DNA of 43,973 nt from the NCBI GenBank assembly GCA_030654305.1, contig JAURXS010000052.1:1-43973 (forward strand). Direction: 5' to 3'. Position 1 is the first letter of the stretch; each line of letters opens with the position of its first letter. Both the position numbers and the translations under genes were made by a program. The DNA is from a bacterium. Its GTDB lineage: Bacteria; Krumholzibacteriota; Krumholzibacteriia; LZORAL124-64-63. This document shows positions 18,820 to 27,226 of the stretch, piece by piece. The notes beneath the pieces are model-generated. The model did not search any database, was not told the DNA's origin, and saw only the letters and a program-made list of their open reading frames with translations.

Positions 18820-20150
18820 CCGACGAGCGGGCCGGCGTCCGGGTCCACATCGAGACCTACGGCTGCCAGATGAACGCCTACGACACCTCGGCCATCCACG
18901 GCATCCTGGCCGCCCGCGGCTACGGCCGCGCCGATTCGCCCCTCGAGGCCGACATCGTCCTGCTCAACACCTGTTCGGTGCGCGACCTGGCCGAGCACAA
19001 GATCCTCAGCCGCATCGGCGAGCTGCGCAGCCTGCGGCGGCGCGGCCTGGCCGGCGCGGACATCATCGGCGTCTGCGGCTGCATGGCCGAGCGCCTCCGG
19101 GGCGACCTCGTCGCCGGCGGCCGCGGCCCCGACCTCGTGGCCGGCGTCGACCAGTACGACAAGCTGCCCGACCTGCTGGACGCGGTCCTGCGCGGGGAAT
19201 CGGCCCCGGCGCCGGTGGCGGTCGGGCACCGCGACGACGTCCACTACGTCGCGCCCCCGGAGGCCTACCCGACCAACAACTCCCACCTGGTGACGATCCA
19301 CAAGGGCTGCGACTACCGCTGCACCTACTGCATCGTGCCGGAGACCCGCGGCCCCCAGCGCGAGAAGGCCCCCCTGCTCATCGAGGCGGAGATCCGCCGG
19401 ATCGTCGAGCGGGGCGGCCGCGAGGTCACCCTGCTGGGCCAGAACGTCACGGCCTACCGCAGCGGGGACCTGGACTTCGCCGGGCTGCTGCGCCGCCTCG
19501 AGACGATCGACGGCCTGGAGCGGATCCGCTTCCTGACCGGCCACCCCTGCGACATGACCGACGACCTGATCCGCACCATCGCCGAGCTGGGCAAGACCTG
19601 CCCCTGGCTCCACGTGCCGGCCCAGAGCGGCAGCGACGCCGTCCTGCGCCGGATGAAGCGCCTGTACACCCGGGAGCGGTACCTGGCCATGATCGCCGCC
19701 GCCCGGCGCTGGATCCCCGACGTGACCTTCAGCGGCGACATCATCGTGGGCTTCCCCGGAGAAACCGACGCGGACTTCCGACGGACGCTTGAGTTGGTGG
19801 AGGAGGTCCGCTACGATCTGCTCTTCAGCTTCAAGTACTCCGAGCGGCCGGGCACGCCCGCAGCCAAGCTTCCCGACGACGTGCCGCCCGAAGTCAAGAA
19901 AGAGCGTCTGGCCGAACTGATGGCGGTCCAGGACGCGATCTGGGATGATCTGGCCGCGGCCCAGACGGGCGCCGTCTGGGAGGTCGCGGTGGAGGCGGAG
20001 GCGCGCCGTCCCGCCGGCAGCTGGCGGGCGCGGACCCCGAACAACCGCAAGGTGCTGCTGCACGGCGGCGACCACCGGCCCGGCGACCTGGTCCGGGTCC
20101 GGGTGACCGGCTGCGAGGCGTCGACGTTCGAGGCGGAACCCATCAACTGA
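18816..20150 (+). CDS. miaB: tRNA i6A37 methylthiotransferase MiaB
   Basis: ETYGCQMN, NTCSVR, GCMAERL, GCDYRCTYCIVP.TRG, LLGQNV, DIIVGFPGET, YSERPGTPA, C-terminal TRAM-like region. Confidence 0.9.
   Translation: MTDERAGVRVHIETYGCQMNAYDTSAIHGILAARGYGRADSPLEADIVLLNTCSVRDLAEHKILSRIGELRSLRRRGLAGADIIGVCGCMAERLRGDLVAGGRGPDLVAGVDQYDKLPDLLDAVLRGESAPAPVAVGHRDDVHYVAPPEAYPTNNSHLVTIHKGCDYRCTYCIVPETRGPQREKAPLLIEAEIRRIVERGGREVTLLGQNVTAYRSGDLDFAGLLRRLETIDGLERIRFLTGHPCDMTDDLIRTIAELGKTCPWLHVPAQSGSDAVLRRMKRLYTRERYLAMIAAARRWIPDVTFSGDIIVGFPGETDADFRRTLELVEEVRYDLLFSFKYSERPGTPAAKLPDDVPPEVKKERLAELMAVQDAIWDDLAAAQTGAVWEVAVEAEARRPAGSWRARTPNNRKVLLHGGDHRPGDLVRVRVTGCEASTFEAEPIN
19789..19817 (+). promoter_or_regulatory. 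Candidate internal promoter in miaB upstream of lapAB
   Basis: TTGAGT (19789-19794)-17 nt-TACGAT (19812-19817), coinciding with rare codons CTT and TTG. Confidence 0.4.
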
Positions 20151-20156
20151 CGAGGT

Positions 20157-20477
20157 GTGGCCGTGTGGATCTTCAAGGGGATCATCATCCTGCTGGCCGT
20201 GATCACGCTGGCCGTGTTCTTCGCGCAGAACAGCTCCCAGAGCGTGGACCTGCGCCTGCTGCACTGGCAGTGGCTGCAGATCCCTCTGTACATGGTGCTG
20301 GTCGGCTCCTTCCTGGCGGGGATCCTGGTCAGCCTGGTCGTCGGCGGCGTGCGCGAGCTGGGCCTGCGCGCCCGCATGCACCGCCTCGGCCGCGAGCTGA
20401 AGAACCGCGACCGGGAGATCGCCGAGCTGCGCACGATGCCCCTGCAGGACATGGATCTGTTCAAGGAGGAGGACTGA
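20157..20477 (+). CDS. lapA: Lipopolysaccharide assembly protein LapA family
   Basis: Small two-TM protein with F..QNS..V.L motif and C-terminal coiled coil, directly upstream of a LapB-like gene. Confidence 0.78.
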   Translation: MAVWIFKGIIILLAVITLAVFFAQNSSQSVDLRLLHWQWLQIPLYMVLVGSFLAGILVSLVVGGVRELGLRARMHRLGRELKNRDREIAELRTMPLQDMDLFKEED

Positions 20478-20478
20478 C

Positions 20479-21711
20479 ATGGGCAACGCCGAACCCATGC
20501 TGCTGGGCCTCGCGCTGCTGGCCCTGGTGGCCGCGGCGCTCGGCCTGATCTGGCGCGGGCGCCGCGCCAAGCCCGAGCAGGAGGACAGCTACACGCGCGG
20601 GCTCGAGCTGTGGCTGGCCGGGGACCTGCCGGCGGCCACCGAGGCCCTGCGCGACGCCATCGCGCGCGACCCCGACGCGGTCGATCCCTACCTGCAGCTC
20701 GGCAACCTGCTGCGCAAGCGCGGCGAGGCCCAGCGGGCCATGGCCCTGCACCGCGGCCTCGCGGCGCGCCCCGCCCTGACGCCGCAGAAGCGGATCTCGG
20801 TCACCCTCGCCCTGGTCGAGGACCTGCTCGTCCTGAAGCGCTGGCAGGAGGCCGGCGAGCTCCTGGACGAGCTGCAGCGCCACAACCTGACGTCGGCGCG
20901 CTACTGGTCGGCCCGTTTCCGCCAGGCCCTGGGCCGGGGCGACGAGTCGACCGCCGCCCGCACCCTGCGCGAGGCCGCCCGCCGCGCCGCGCCGAACGAG
21001 CGTCAGATGTTCCGGGACCAGCACGAGTCCTTCCAGCTGGACCGGGGCGTGCGCGCCGCCCTGCGCGGCGATTTCAGCGACGCCCGCCGCTACGCCCGCA
21101 ACGTCGCCGACGGCAGCCCCCGCGCCGCGGCGTCGATGTTCGTCCAGGCCCTCTCGCGCCTGGGCGGGGAAGAGCACGAACGCGCGGCCGAGGTCGCCAC
21201 CGAGGGGCTGCTGAAGGCGCCCGAACTGGTGCACCTGTTCCTGCCGGTGCTGCAGCGCTCCCTGCTGGCCACCGGCCAGTACAGCCGCGTCGTCCCCATC
21301 CTGGAGTCGGCCTGCCGCAACCCGGCCGCGCCGCCGGAACTGTGGATCGCCTTGGCGCAGTTGCACGAGAAGATGGGCGACCGCGAGATGGCCGTGCAGG
21401 TCTTCGAGGAGAAGGCGGGGGACCCCCGCCTGACGCCGGCCGTCGCCTCGCCGTTGCTGCGCGTCCTGGTGAACGACCTCCCGGACAGCGATTTCACCCG
21501 CATCTGGAACGCGCTGGCCAAGCCCGAGGCGGCCTCGGCCTGGGCCTGCCGCAGCTGCGGCGCGGTCCACGACGGCATGCGCTGGTACTGCCCCGAGTGC
21601 GGCGCCTTCGACTCCGTGGGTCCGGCCGCGCCCCGGTCCGCCGAGCCGTCCCGGCCGCAACCGCGTTCGCCCCGCCTGCTGATCGAGGCCCCGGAGGCGG
21701 CGGCGCCATGA
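20479..21711 (+). CDS. lapB: LapB-like TPR protein with C-terminal rubredoxin-type metal site
   Basis: N-terminal TM, YTRGL, LGNLLRKRGEAQRAMALH, TPR-like helices, WACRSCG...WYCPECGAFDS. Confidence 0.8.
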   Translation: MGNAEPMLLGLALLALVAAALGLIWRGRRAKPEQEDSYTRGLELWLAGDLPAATEALRDAIARDPDAVDPYLQLGNLLRKRGEAQRAMALHRGLAARPALTPQKRISVTLALVEDLLVLKRWQEAGELLDELQRHNLTSARYWSARFRQALGRGDESTAARTLREAARRAAPNERQMFRDQHESFQLDRGVRAALRGDFSDARRYARNVADGSPRAAASMFVQALSRLGGEEHERAAEVATEGLLKAPELVHLFLPVLQRSLLATGQYSRVVPILESACRNPAAPPELWIALAQLHEKMGDREMAVQVFEEKAGDPRLTPAVASPLLRVLVNDLPDSDFTRIWNALAKPEAASAWACRSCGAVHDGMRWYCPECGAFDSVGPAAPRSAEPSRPQPRSPRLLIEAPEAAAP

Positions 21712-22751
21712 ACCGGTTCGCCGGCGCGTTGGTGCTGCTGCTCGCGGCGGTCCCGCTCGCCCGGGCCGAGGACTGGTCGACCGTGGAGCGCGCCTTCCGC
21801 GAAGGCGACTACGAATCGGCGCGCAGCCTGGCCGGATCGCTGGCCGCGGGCGCCCCGCGCTCCGTCGACGGCATGCTCTGGAGCTACCGACTCGCCACCG
21901 ACCCGGTGCAGGCGGCCATGCTGAGGGAGAAGCTGCTGGCCAGGGACGACCTGGACCCGCCGCTGCAGCGCGCCCTGCGGTTGGACGCCGCCTGGACCTC
22001 CTACGCCCAGGGCGAGCCCGGTCAGGGCTTCACGTACCTCCCGCCGAAGGACCCCGGCGCCAAGCGCCCCCAGCCGTCGTCGCGGCTGCTGGCGGGGCTG
22101 CTGCACCGCGCGGCGAACGACGAAGCGATGGTCGAAACCGTCTTCGCCCAGGCGCCGGACGACGACCCCGACCTCCCCTGGATCCTGCTGCTGCGCGGGC
22201 GCAAGGCGGCCGCCTTCGGCGATCCGGGCCTGGCCCGCCGCTGCCTCGACGCCAAGCCGGAGGGCCGCGACCAGCCGACCACCGCCGACCTGCTGGCCGC
22301 CCGCTGGCAGCTCGAGCGCGACCAGGACTCCCGCCTCGCCGACCGGATCGTCCAGGAACTGGAGCGCTCGTACCCGCTCTCGCCGGCGCTCGACCTCGTG
22401 CGCGGACTGCAGCGGCAGCGGCTCGAACTGGCGCTGATGGACGCGGCGTCCTCCAGCCCGGCGCCGCCCGCCCCGGCGTTGCCGGCGACCGACGCCACGC
22501 CCACCGCCCGCTACGTCCTGCAGCTCGGCGCCTTCGGCGACCGCGGCCGCGCCCTGGGCTTCGTGGAACGCTGGCGCTCCTCGGTGCCCGGCCTGCACGT
22601 GGTGCAGTCCCACGACGCCCGCGGCCAGCTCCTGCACAAGGTGCGCGCCGAGTCCTACGCCGACCAGGCGGAGGCCGCCGCGCGCGCCGCCGAACTGAGC
22701 GCGGAGCTCGGCCTGCCGGCCATCGTGGTCGACACCGCGGAGTCGCCGTGA
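21708..22751 (+). CDS. Exported protein with C-terminal SPOR peptidoglycan-binding domain
   Basis: Signal peptide, helical body, Pro/Ala linker, YVLQLGAFGDRGRA...HKVR SPOR signature. Confidence 0.75.
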   Translation: MNRFAGALVLLLAAVPLARAEDWSTVERAFREGDYESARSLAGSLAAGAPRSVDGMLWSYRLATDPVQAAMLREKLLARDDLDPPLQRALRLDAAWTSYAQGEPGQGFTYLPPKDPGAKRPQPSSRLLAGLLHRAANDEAMVETVFAQAPDDDPDLPWILLLRGRKAAAFGDPGLARRCLDAKPEGRDQPTTADLLAARWQLERDQDSRLADRIVQELERSYPLSPALDLVRGLQRQRLELALMDAASSSPAPPAPALPATDATPTARYVLQLGAFGDRGRALGFVERWRSSVPGLHVVQSHDARGQLLHKVRAESYADQAEAAARAAELSAELGLPAIVVDTAESP

Positions 22752-25408
22752 CCGGGAAGGCCGTTCCCGCCGGAACGTCGACGAAGCTGACGCCCATGCT
22801 GGCGCAGTACCTGGAGATCAAGGCCGCCCACCCGGGCGCCCTGCTGCTGTTCCGCATGGGGGACTTCTTCGAGACGTTCTTCGACGACGCCAAGATCCTG
22901 GCCGAAGTCTGCAGCGTCACCCTCACGACCCGCGATCGCAACAGCGACCACCCGGTGCCCCTGGCCGGCGTGCCGCACCACGCCCTGGACGTCTACCTGT
23001 CGCGCCTGCTCGCCGCCGGACTCACGGTCGCGATCTGCGAGCAGACCGAAGACCCCGCCAAGGCCAAGGGACTGGTGAAGCGCGAGGTCGTCGAGGTGAT
23101 CAGCCCGGGCACCGCCACGGCGCCCGAACTGCTGCCGGGATCCGGCGCCATGGTCTGCCTGGCCTACCACCGGGGCGTCGCCGGCGAGTCCGGCTGGGCG
23201 ACCCTGGACGCCTCCACGGGCGAGTTCCGCTGCGGGCAGGAGGACGTCACCCTCCCGTCGCTCTGCGAGCGCTGCGCCGCGCGGGAGGTGATCGTCGCCG
23301 AGACCGTCGAAGCCGAGGAGTTCCGCCGCTGGCGCGCCGGCCTGCCCGAGACCGTCCTGAGCGCCGTCAGCGCCGCCTGGTTCCACCCGGCGCTCGCCGC
23401 CGACACCTTGCGCGACCATTTCGGCGTGCGCGACCTGGACGCCTTCGGCCTGTCGGACGAGCGGACGTCCCTGGCCGTCAGCGCCGCGGGCGCGCTGCTG
23501 CGCTACCTGACCTCGCTCAACCTGAAGCGCCCCGCGCAGGTCGTCACCCTGCAGTTCGCGTCGCGCGGCGACCGGATGCTGCTGGACGAGGAGACGCTGC
23601 GCAACCTCGAGGTCTTCCGCACCCTGCGCGGCGAACGCGGGGAGGGGACGCTCGTCCACCACCTCGACCGCACCGTGACCCCGGCCGGCCGCCGCCTGCT
23701 CGAACGGCGGCTGGCCGAGCCCCTGACCGATCTGGCGACGCTCGCCGACTGGCACCGCGGCGTCGCGGGCGCCCTGGACGACCGCGACTGGCGCGAGGAC
23801 GTGCGGCGGCGGCTGCGGGGCGTGGGCGACCTCGACCGCGGGGCCGTGCGCGCGGCGGCCGGCCGCATCGGCCCCGCTGCGTTGTGCCAGTTGGGCGAAT
23901 CCCTGCGCGCCGCGGGCGAGGCCCTGGCCGCGATCAGCGGCGGCGGGCACGAGGCCCACCCGGCCGCCGCGTGGGTGCGGGGCACGCCCGATCTGTCCCC
24001 CGTGGCGGAGCGCCTGCTCGCGACGCTGGCCGAACAGCCGCCGGCGGCGATGAAACCCGGCGAGGTCGTCCGGCCCGGCGTGTCGCCCGCGCTCGACGCC
24101 GCCGCGGCCGTGGCCAGCGACACGCGCGGCTTCCTGGCGGCGCTGCAGGCCCGCGAACGCGAGCGCTCCGGCATCCCGACGCTGAAGATCGGCTACAACC
24201 GCGTCTTCGGTTACTACTACGAGGTCTCCAACAAGCACCTCGACCGGGTCCCGCCCGAGTTCTCCCAGAAGCAGACGCTCGTCAACGCCGCGCGCTTCCG
24301 CACCGACGAGCTGTCGACCGCCGAGCAGACCATCCTGGACGCTGAAGATCGCATGGCCCGGCTCGAAGGCGAGATCTTCGCCTCCCTGCTCGCCGACGTG
24401 TCGGCGGCCCTGGAGCCGATCCGCGTGCTGTCCGCGCGGGTGGCCGAGATCGACCTGCTGTTCGCGTTCGCGGAGCTGGCCGAGCGGCACCGCTACGTGC
24501 GGCCCATCTGCGACGACTCGCTGGTGCTGGACATCGCCGAGGGCCGGCACCCCGTCGTCGAGCAGCTCCTGGACGGCGACTTCATCCCCAACGACGCCCT
24601 GCTGGACGGCGACACGCGCCAGGTGCTGCTGCTGACCGGCCCCAACATGGGCGGCAAGAGCACCTACCTGCGCCAGGTCGCGCTGCTGGTGCTGATGGCG
24701 CAGGCGGGCGGCTTCGTGCCGGCCGCGCGCGCCCGCATCGGCGTCGCCGACCGGATCTTCACGCGGGTCGGCGCCGGCGACAACGTGGCCCGCGGCCAGT
24801 CGACCTTCTACGCCGAGATGAGCGAGACGGCGCGCATCCTGCACCAGATGTCCCGCCGCAGCCTGGTCGTCCTGGACGAAGTGGGGCGCGGCACCTCCAC
24901 CTACGACGGCCTGTCGCTGGCCTGGGCCATCACCGAGTTCCTCCACCACGACGACGGCCCCCGCCCGCGCACGATCTTCGCCACCCACTACCACGAGCTG
25001 ACCGGCCTGGAGCAGACGCTGCCGCGTCTGGTCAACCTGAGGCTCGAGGTGAGGGAGTGGCAGGGGAGCATCATCTTCCTGCACGCCGTCAAGCCCGGGT
25101 GCAGCGACAAGAGCTACGGGATCCACGTCGCCCGCCTCGCCGGCGTGCCCGAACCGGTGCTGCGCCGCGCCGAGGAACTGCTGGTGCTGTTCAGCAGCGA
25201 GGACGCGCGCACCCTGGCGCCCGAACGCCTCCCGGGCGCGCCCGGCTTCTCCCTGGCGGCCGACCGCCCGCTCGCGGCCACGCGCCAGCTCTCGCTGTTC
25301 TCCGACGGCGAGCGCGACGCGCTGGACGCGTTGCGCGACCTGGACCTCGAGGGGATCAGCCCCATGGACGCCTTCCTCTGGCTCGCCCGCATCAAGAAAC
25401 AACTCTAG
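22748..25408 (+). CDS. mutS: DNA mismatch repair protein MutS
   Basis: TPMLAQY, FRMGDFFETF, TGPNMGGKSTYLRQ, STFYAEMSE, DEVGRGTSTYDG, FATHYHEL, beta-clamp motif QLSLF. Confidence 0.97.
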   Translation: MTGKAVPAGTSTKLTPMLAQYLEIKAAHPGALLLFRMGDFFETFFDDAKILAEVCSVTLTTRDRNSDHPVPLAGVPHHALDVYLSRLLAAGLTVAICEQTEDPAKAKGLVKREVVEVISPGTATAPELLPGSGAMVCLAYHRGVAGESGWATLDASTGEFRCGQEDVTLPSLCERCAAREVIVAETVEAEEFRRWRAGLPETVLSAVSAAWFHPALAADTLRDHFGVRDLDAFGLSDERTSLAVSAAGALLRYLTSLNLKRPAQVVTLQFASRGDRMLLDEETLRNLEVFRTLRGERGEGTLVHHLDRTVTPAGRRLLERRLAEPLTDLATLADWHRGVAGALDDRDWREDVRRRLRGVGDLDRGAVRAAAGRIGPAALCQLGESLRAAGEALAAISGGGHEAHPAAAWVRGTPDLSPVAERLLATLAEQPPAAMKPGEVVRPGVSPALDAAAAVASDTRGFLAALQARERERSGIPTLKIGYNRVFGYYYEVSNKHLDRVPPEFSQKQTLVNAARFRTDELSTAEQTILDAEDRMARLEGEIFASLLADVSAALEPIRVLSARVAEIDLLFAFAELAERHRYVRPICDDSLVLDIAEGRHPVVEQLLDGDFIPNDALLDGDTRQVLLLTGPNMGGKSTYLRQVALLVLMAQAGGFVPAARARIGVADRIFTRVGAGDNVARGQSTFYAEMSETARILHQMSRRSLVVLDEVGRGTSTYDGLSLAWAITEFLHHDDGPRPRTIFATHYHELTGLEQTLPRLVNLRLEVREWQGSIIFLHAVKPGCSDKSYGIHVARLAGVPEPVLRRAEELLVLFSSEDARTLAPERLPGAPGFSLAADRPLAATRQLSLFSDGERDALDALRDLDLEGISPMDAFLWLARIKKQL

Positions 25409-25444
25409 GCCGTTTTACTTCAGCGGCGCCGTCCGGCGCCGATG

Positions 25445-25450
25445 TATAAT
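25445..25450 (+). promoter_or_regulatory. Perfect -10 hexamer upstream of the gene between mutS and mutL
   Basis: TATAAT in a very GC-rich context, about 32 nt before ATG 25483; no clear -35. Confidence 0.45.
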
Positions 25451-25482
25451 CCGTCACCGCCACCCCAACCGGACGGCCCGTC

Positions 25483-27156
25483 ATGTGGAACGTCGCCTTT
25501 TTCATGCCGTTGGAGCGGGACGTGCCGTTGCTCGCCGAGGCCGCCCGCCGCGACGACGTGCGCCTGCTGGGGGTGGTCGCCCCGGACCGCGCCTCGCCGG
25601 CGGCCGCCCTGGCTGAAGTGATGGGCCTGACGGTCTGGTCCGGCCTCGACGAGGCCCCCTTCCCTCGCGACACCCTGTTGGTGGGTTCGGCGGATGCCGA
25701 CCCGTCGACGCTGCGGACCGTGGTGGCCGCGCGCGGCTGGCGGCATCTGGAGGTCGACGGCTTCCGGGATCTGCTGCACCCCGCGCCGGAGGCGCCGCTT
25801 CCGGTCGCCGAAGTGGCGGCCGCATCCCCTCCCGCGCCGCGGGTCGCCGCCGAGGCGCTCGCCCGCTCCCTGGACCGCGACCTCGCGGACCTCGCCGGCG
25901 GCGCCCGGGACCTGCCGGGGATCCTGGCGGCCTGGAGCTCGACCCTGGCCCTGCGCCTCGACGCGCGCCACGCCGCGCTGGCGCTGCTGCGCGAGGACGG
26001 CACCCTGCTGCTGGCCGAAGGCACCCCGGCCGGGGAGACCCGGCTCGAGGACGCGGACGCGGGCGCGTCGCCCTGGCGCGAGGTCTTCGCCACCGCCCGC
26101 CCGCTGGTGGCGGTCGAACAGGAGGCCGCTGACGGCCTGCACCTGACCGTCTGGCCGCTGGTGGCCCTGGACGGCGACCAGCCGGCGCCGGTCCCGCGCG
26201 CGGCGCTGGCCGTCGGGCACCTGGGCGCGGAGGCGGCCGCCCGCTTCCAGGCGCTGGGGGAGGTGCTGGCGCCGGTGCTGGGCCTGCGCTGCGAGCTGCT
26301 GCGCCGCCAGGTCGAGCACGAGGCCCTGGTCGCCCGCTTCCACGACGTGACGGCGACGGCCATGGCGCTGTCGAACACGAAGGGCGATGCGGCGTCCGCG
26401 CTGTCCACCGCCTTGAAGCACTGTTGCGGCGCCCTCGCGGCCGAGCCCCGACCGGACGGCGCCGACCCCGTCTACGGCGGGATCGCGGCGGGGGAGTGGC
26501 TGGCCTTCGCGACGCCCGAACGACGGCCGCGCCTGATCCTGCGCGACGGGGACGTCTGCTGGGATCTGCTGGGCAAGCAGCGGCGTCACCCCTGGGACGC
26601 CGCCCACTTCACCGGTGACGATGCCGCCGCGGCCGGGCTGCTGCTGGCTGCGGTGCGGCGCCGACCGGCCGCGACGGCCGTCCCCGTCGCCGCTTCCGTT
26701 CCGCTCGCCGCGGACCCGGCCCCGCCAACCATCGACGTACATCCACCGCACCTGGCGGGCCTCCCGCCCGGCGCTGCCGCCGTGCCCGAATCCCTCCTGG
26801 ACCTGCTCGCCCGGGAGATGGACCGCGCCGACCGCTATCACGGCGCCTTCTCCGTGTCCGCCTTCCGGGCGCCGACGCTCCTGGGTCCCCACCTGAGCGG
26901 CCTCGCCGCCCGGCTGCGCTCCTCCGACCGCGTCTTCTGCCACGACCCCGGCACGCTGCTGGTCTTCGCGCCCGACGAGAACCATGCCGTCGCCCAGCTC
27001 GAGCAGCGCGTGCGCGACGCCCTGCCCGACCTGGCCGGCGTGGTGGGCCTGCGCGTGAAGACGGGTCGGGCGCTCTACCCCGGGCGCTTCACCTCGCCCG
27101 TCGAACTGGTCGCGGCCGCCCTGGCCGGGCTCGACACCGACACTCACGGCGATTGA
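25483..27156 (+). CDS. Hypothetical signalling protein: possible GAF-like middle region and C-terminal degenerate GGDEF-like domain
   Basis: Fills the mutS-mutL gap with typical codon usage; C-terminus LLAREMDRADRYHGAFSV...LRSSD...LLVFAP...GRALYP resembles the GGDEF fold without the GGDEF motif. Confidence 0.55.
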   Translation: MWNVAFFMPLERDVPLLAEAARRDDVRLLGVVAPDRASPAAALAEVMGLTVWSGLDEAPFPRDTLLVGSADADPSTLRTVVAARGWRHLEVDGFRDLLHPAPEAPLPVAEVAAASPPAPRVAAEALARSLDRDLADLAGGARDLPGILAAWSSTLALRLDARHAALALLREDGTLLLAEGTPAGETRLEDADAGASPWREVFATARPLVAVEQEAADGLHLTVWPLVALDGDQPAPVPRAALAVGHLGAEAAARFQALGEVLAPVLGLRCELLRRQVEHEALVARFHDVTATAMALSNTKGDAASALSTALKHCCGALAAEPRPDGADPVYGGIAAGEWLAFATPERRPRLILRDGDVCWDLLGKQRRHPWDAAHFTGDDAAAAGLLLAAVRRRPAATAVPVAASVPLAADPAPPTIDVHPPHLAGLPPGAAAVPESLLDLLAREMDRADRYHGAFSVSAFRAPTLLGPHLSGLAARLRSSDRVFCHDPGTLLVFAPDENHAVAQLEQRVRDALPDLAGVVGLRVKTGRALYPGRFTSPVELVAAALAGLDTDTHGD

Positions 27157-27182
27157 CGCTGCGGCGCCCCTCCCGTTATCTT
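27153..27182 (+). promoter_or_regulatory. Candidate sigma70-type promoter of mutL-miaA
   Basis: TTGACG (27153-27158)-18 nt-TATCTT; same spacing and -10 as the tRNA-Gly promoter. Confidence 0.55.
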
Positions 27183-27226
27183 GTCCTGCCGCCCGCCCCG
27201 CGAGGCCCGCAACCCGACAGGACGTC

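Noticed and set aside
17544..20150. Apparent giant ORFs suggesting fusions (868-aa miaB, 856-aa surE, 713-aa SPOR frames)
   Set aside because: The upstream parts overlap bona fide genes in other frames, and true starts lie at RBS or ATGA overlaps.
15116..25402. Very long antisense and alternate-frame ORFs (e.g. 15116-17305, 22655-25402, also 39431-41530 and the 5' part of 38670-41345)
   Set aside because: These are shadows of real genes caused by high GC3 and stop-codon scarcity. Their translations are Arg/Ala/Pro-rich and lack motifs.
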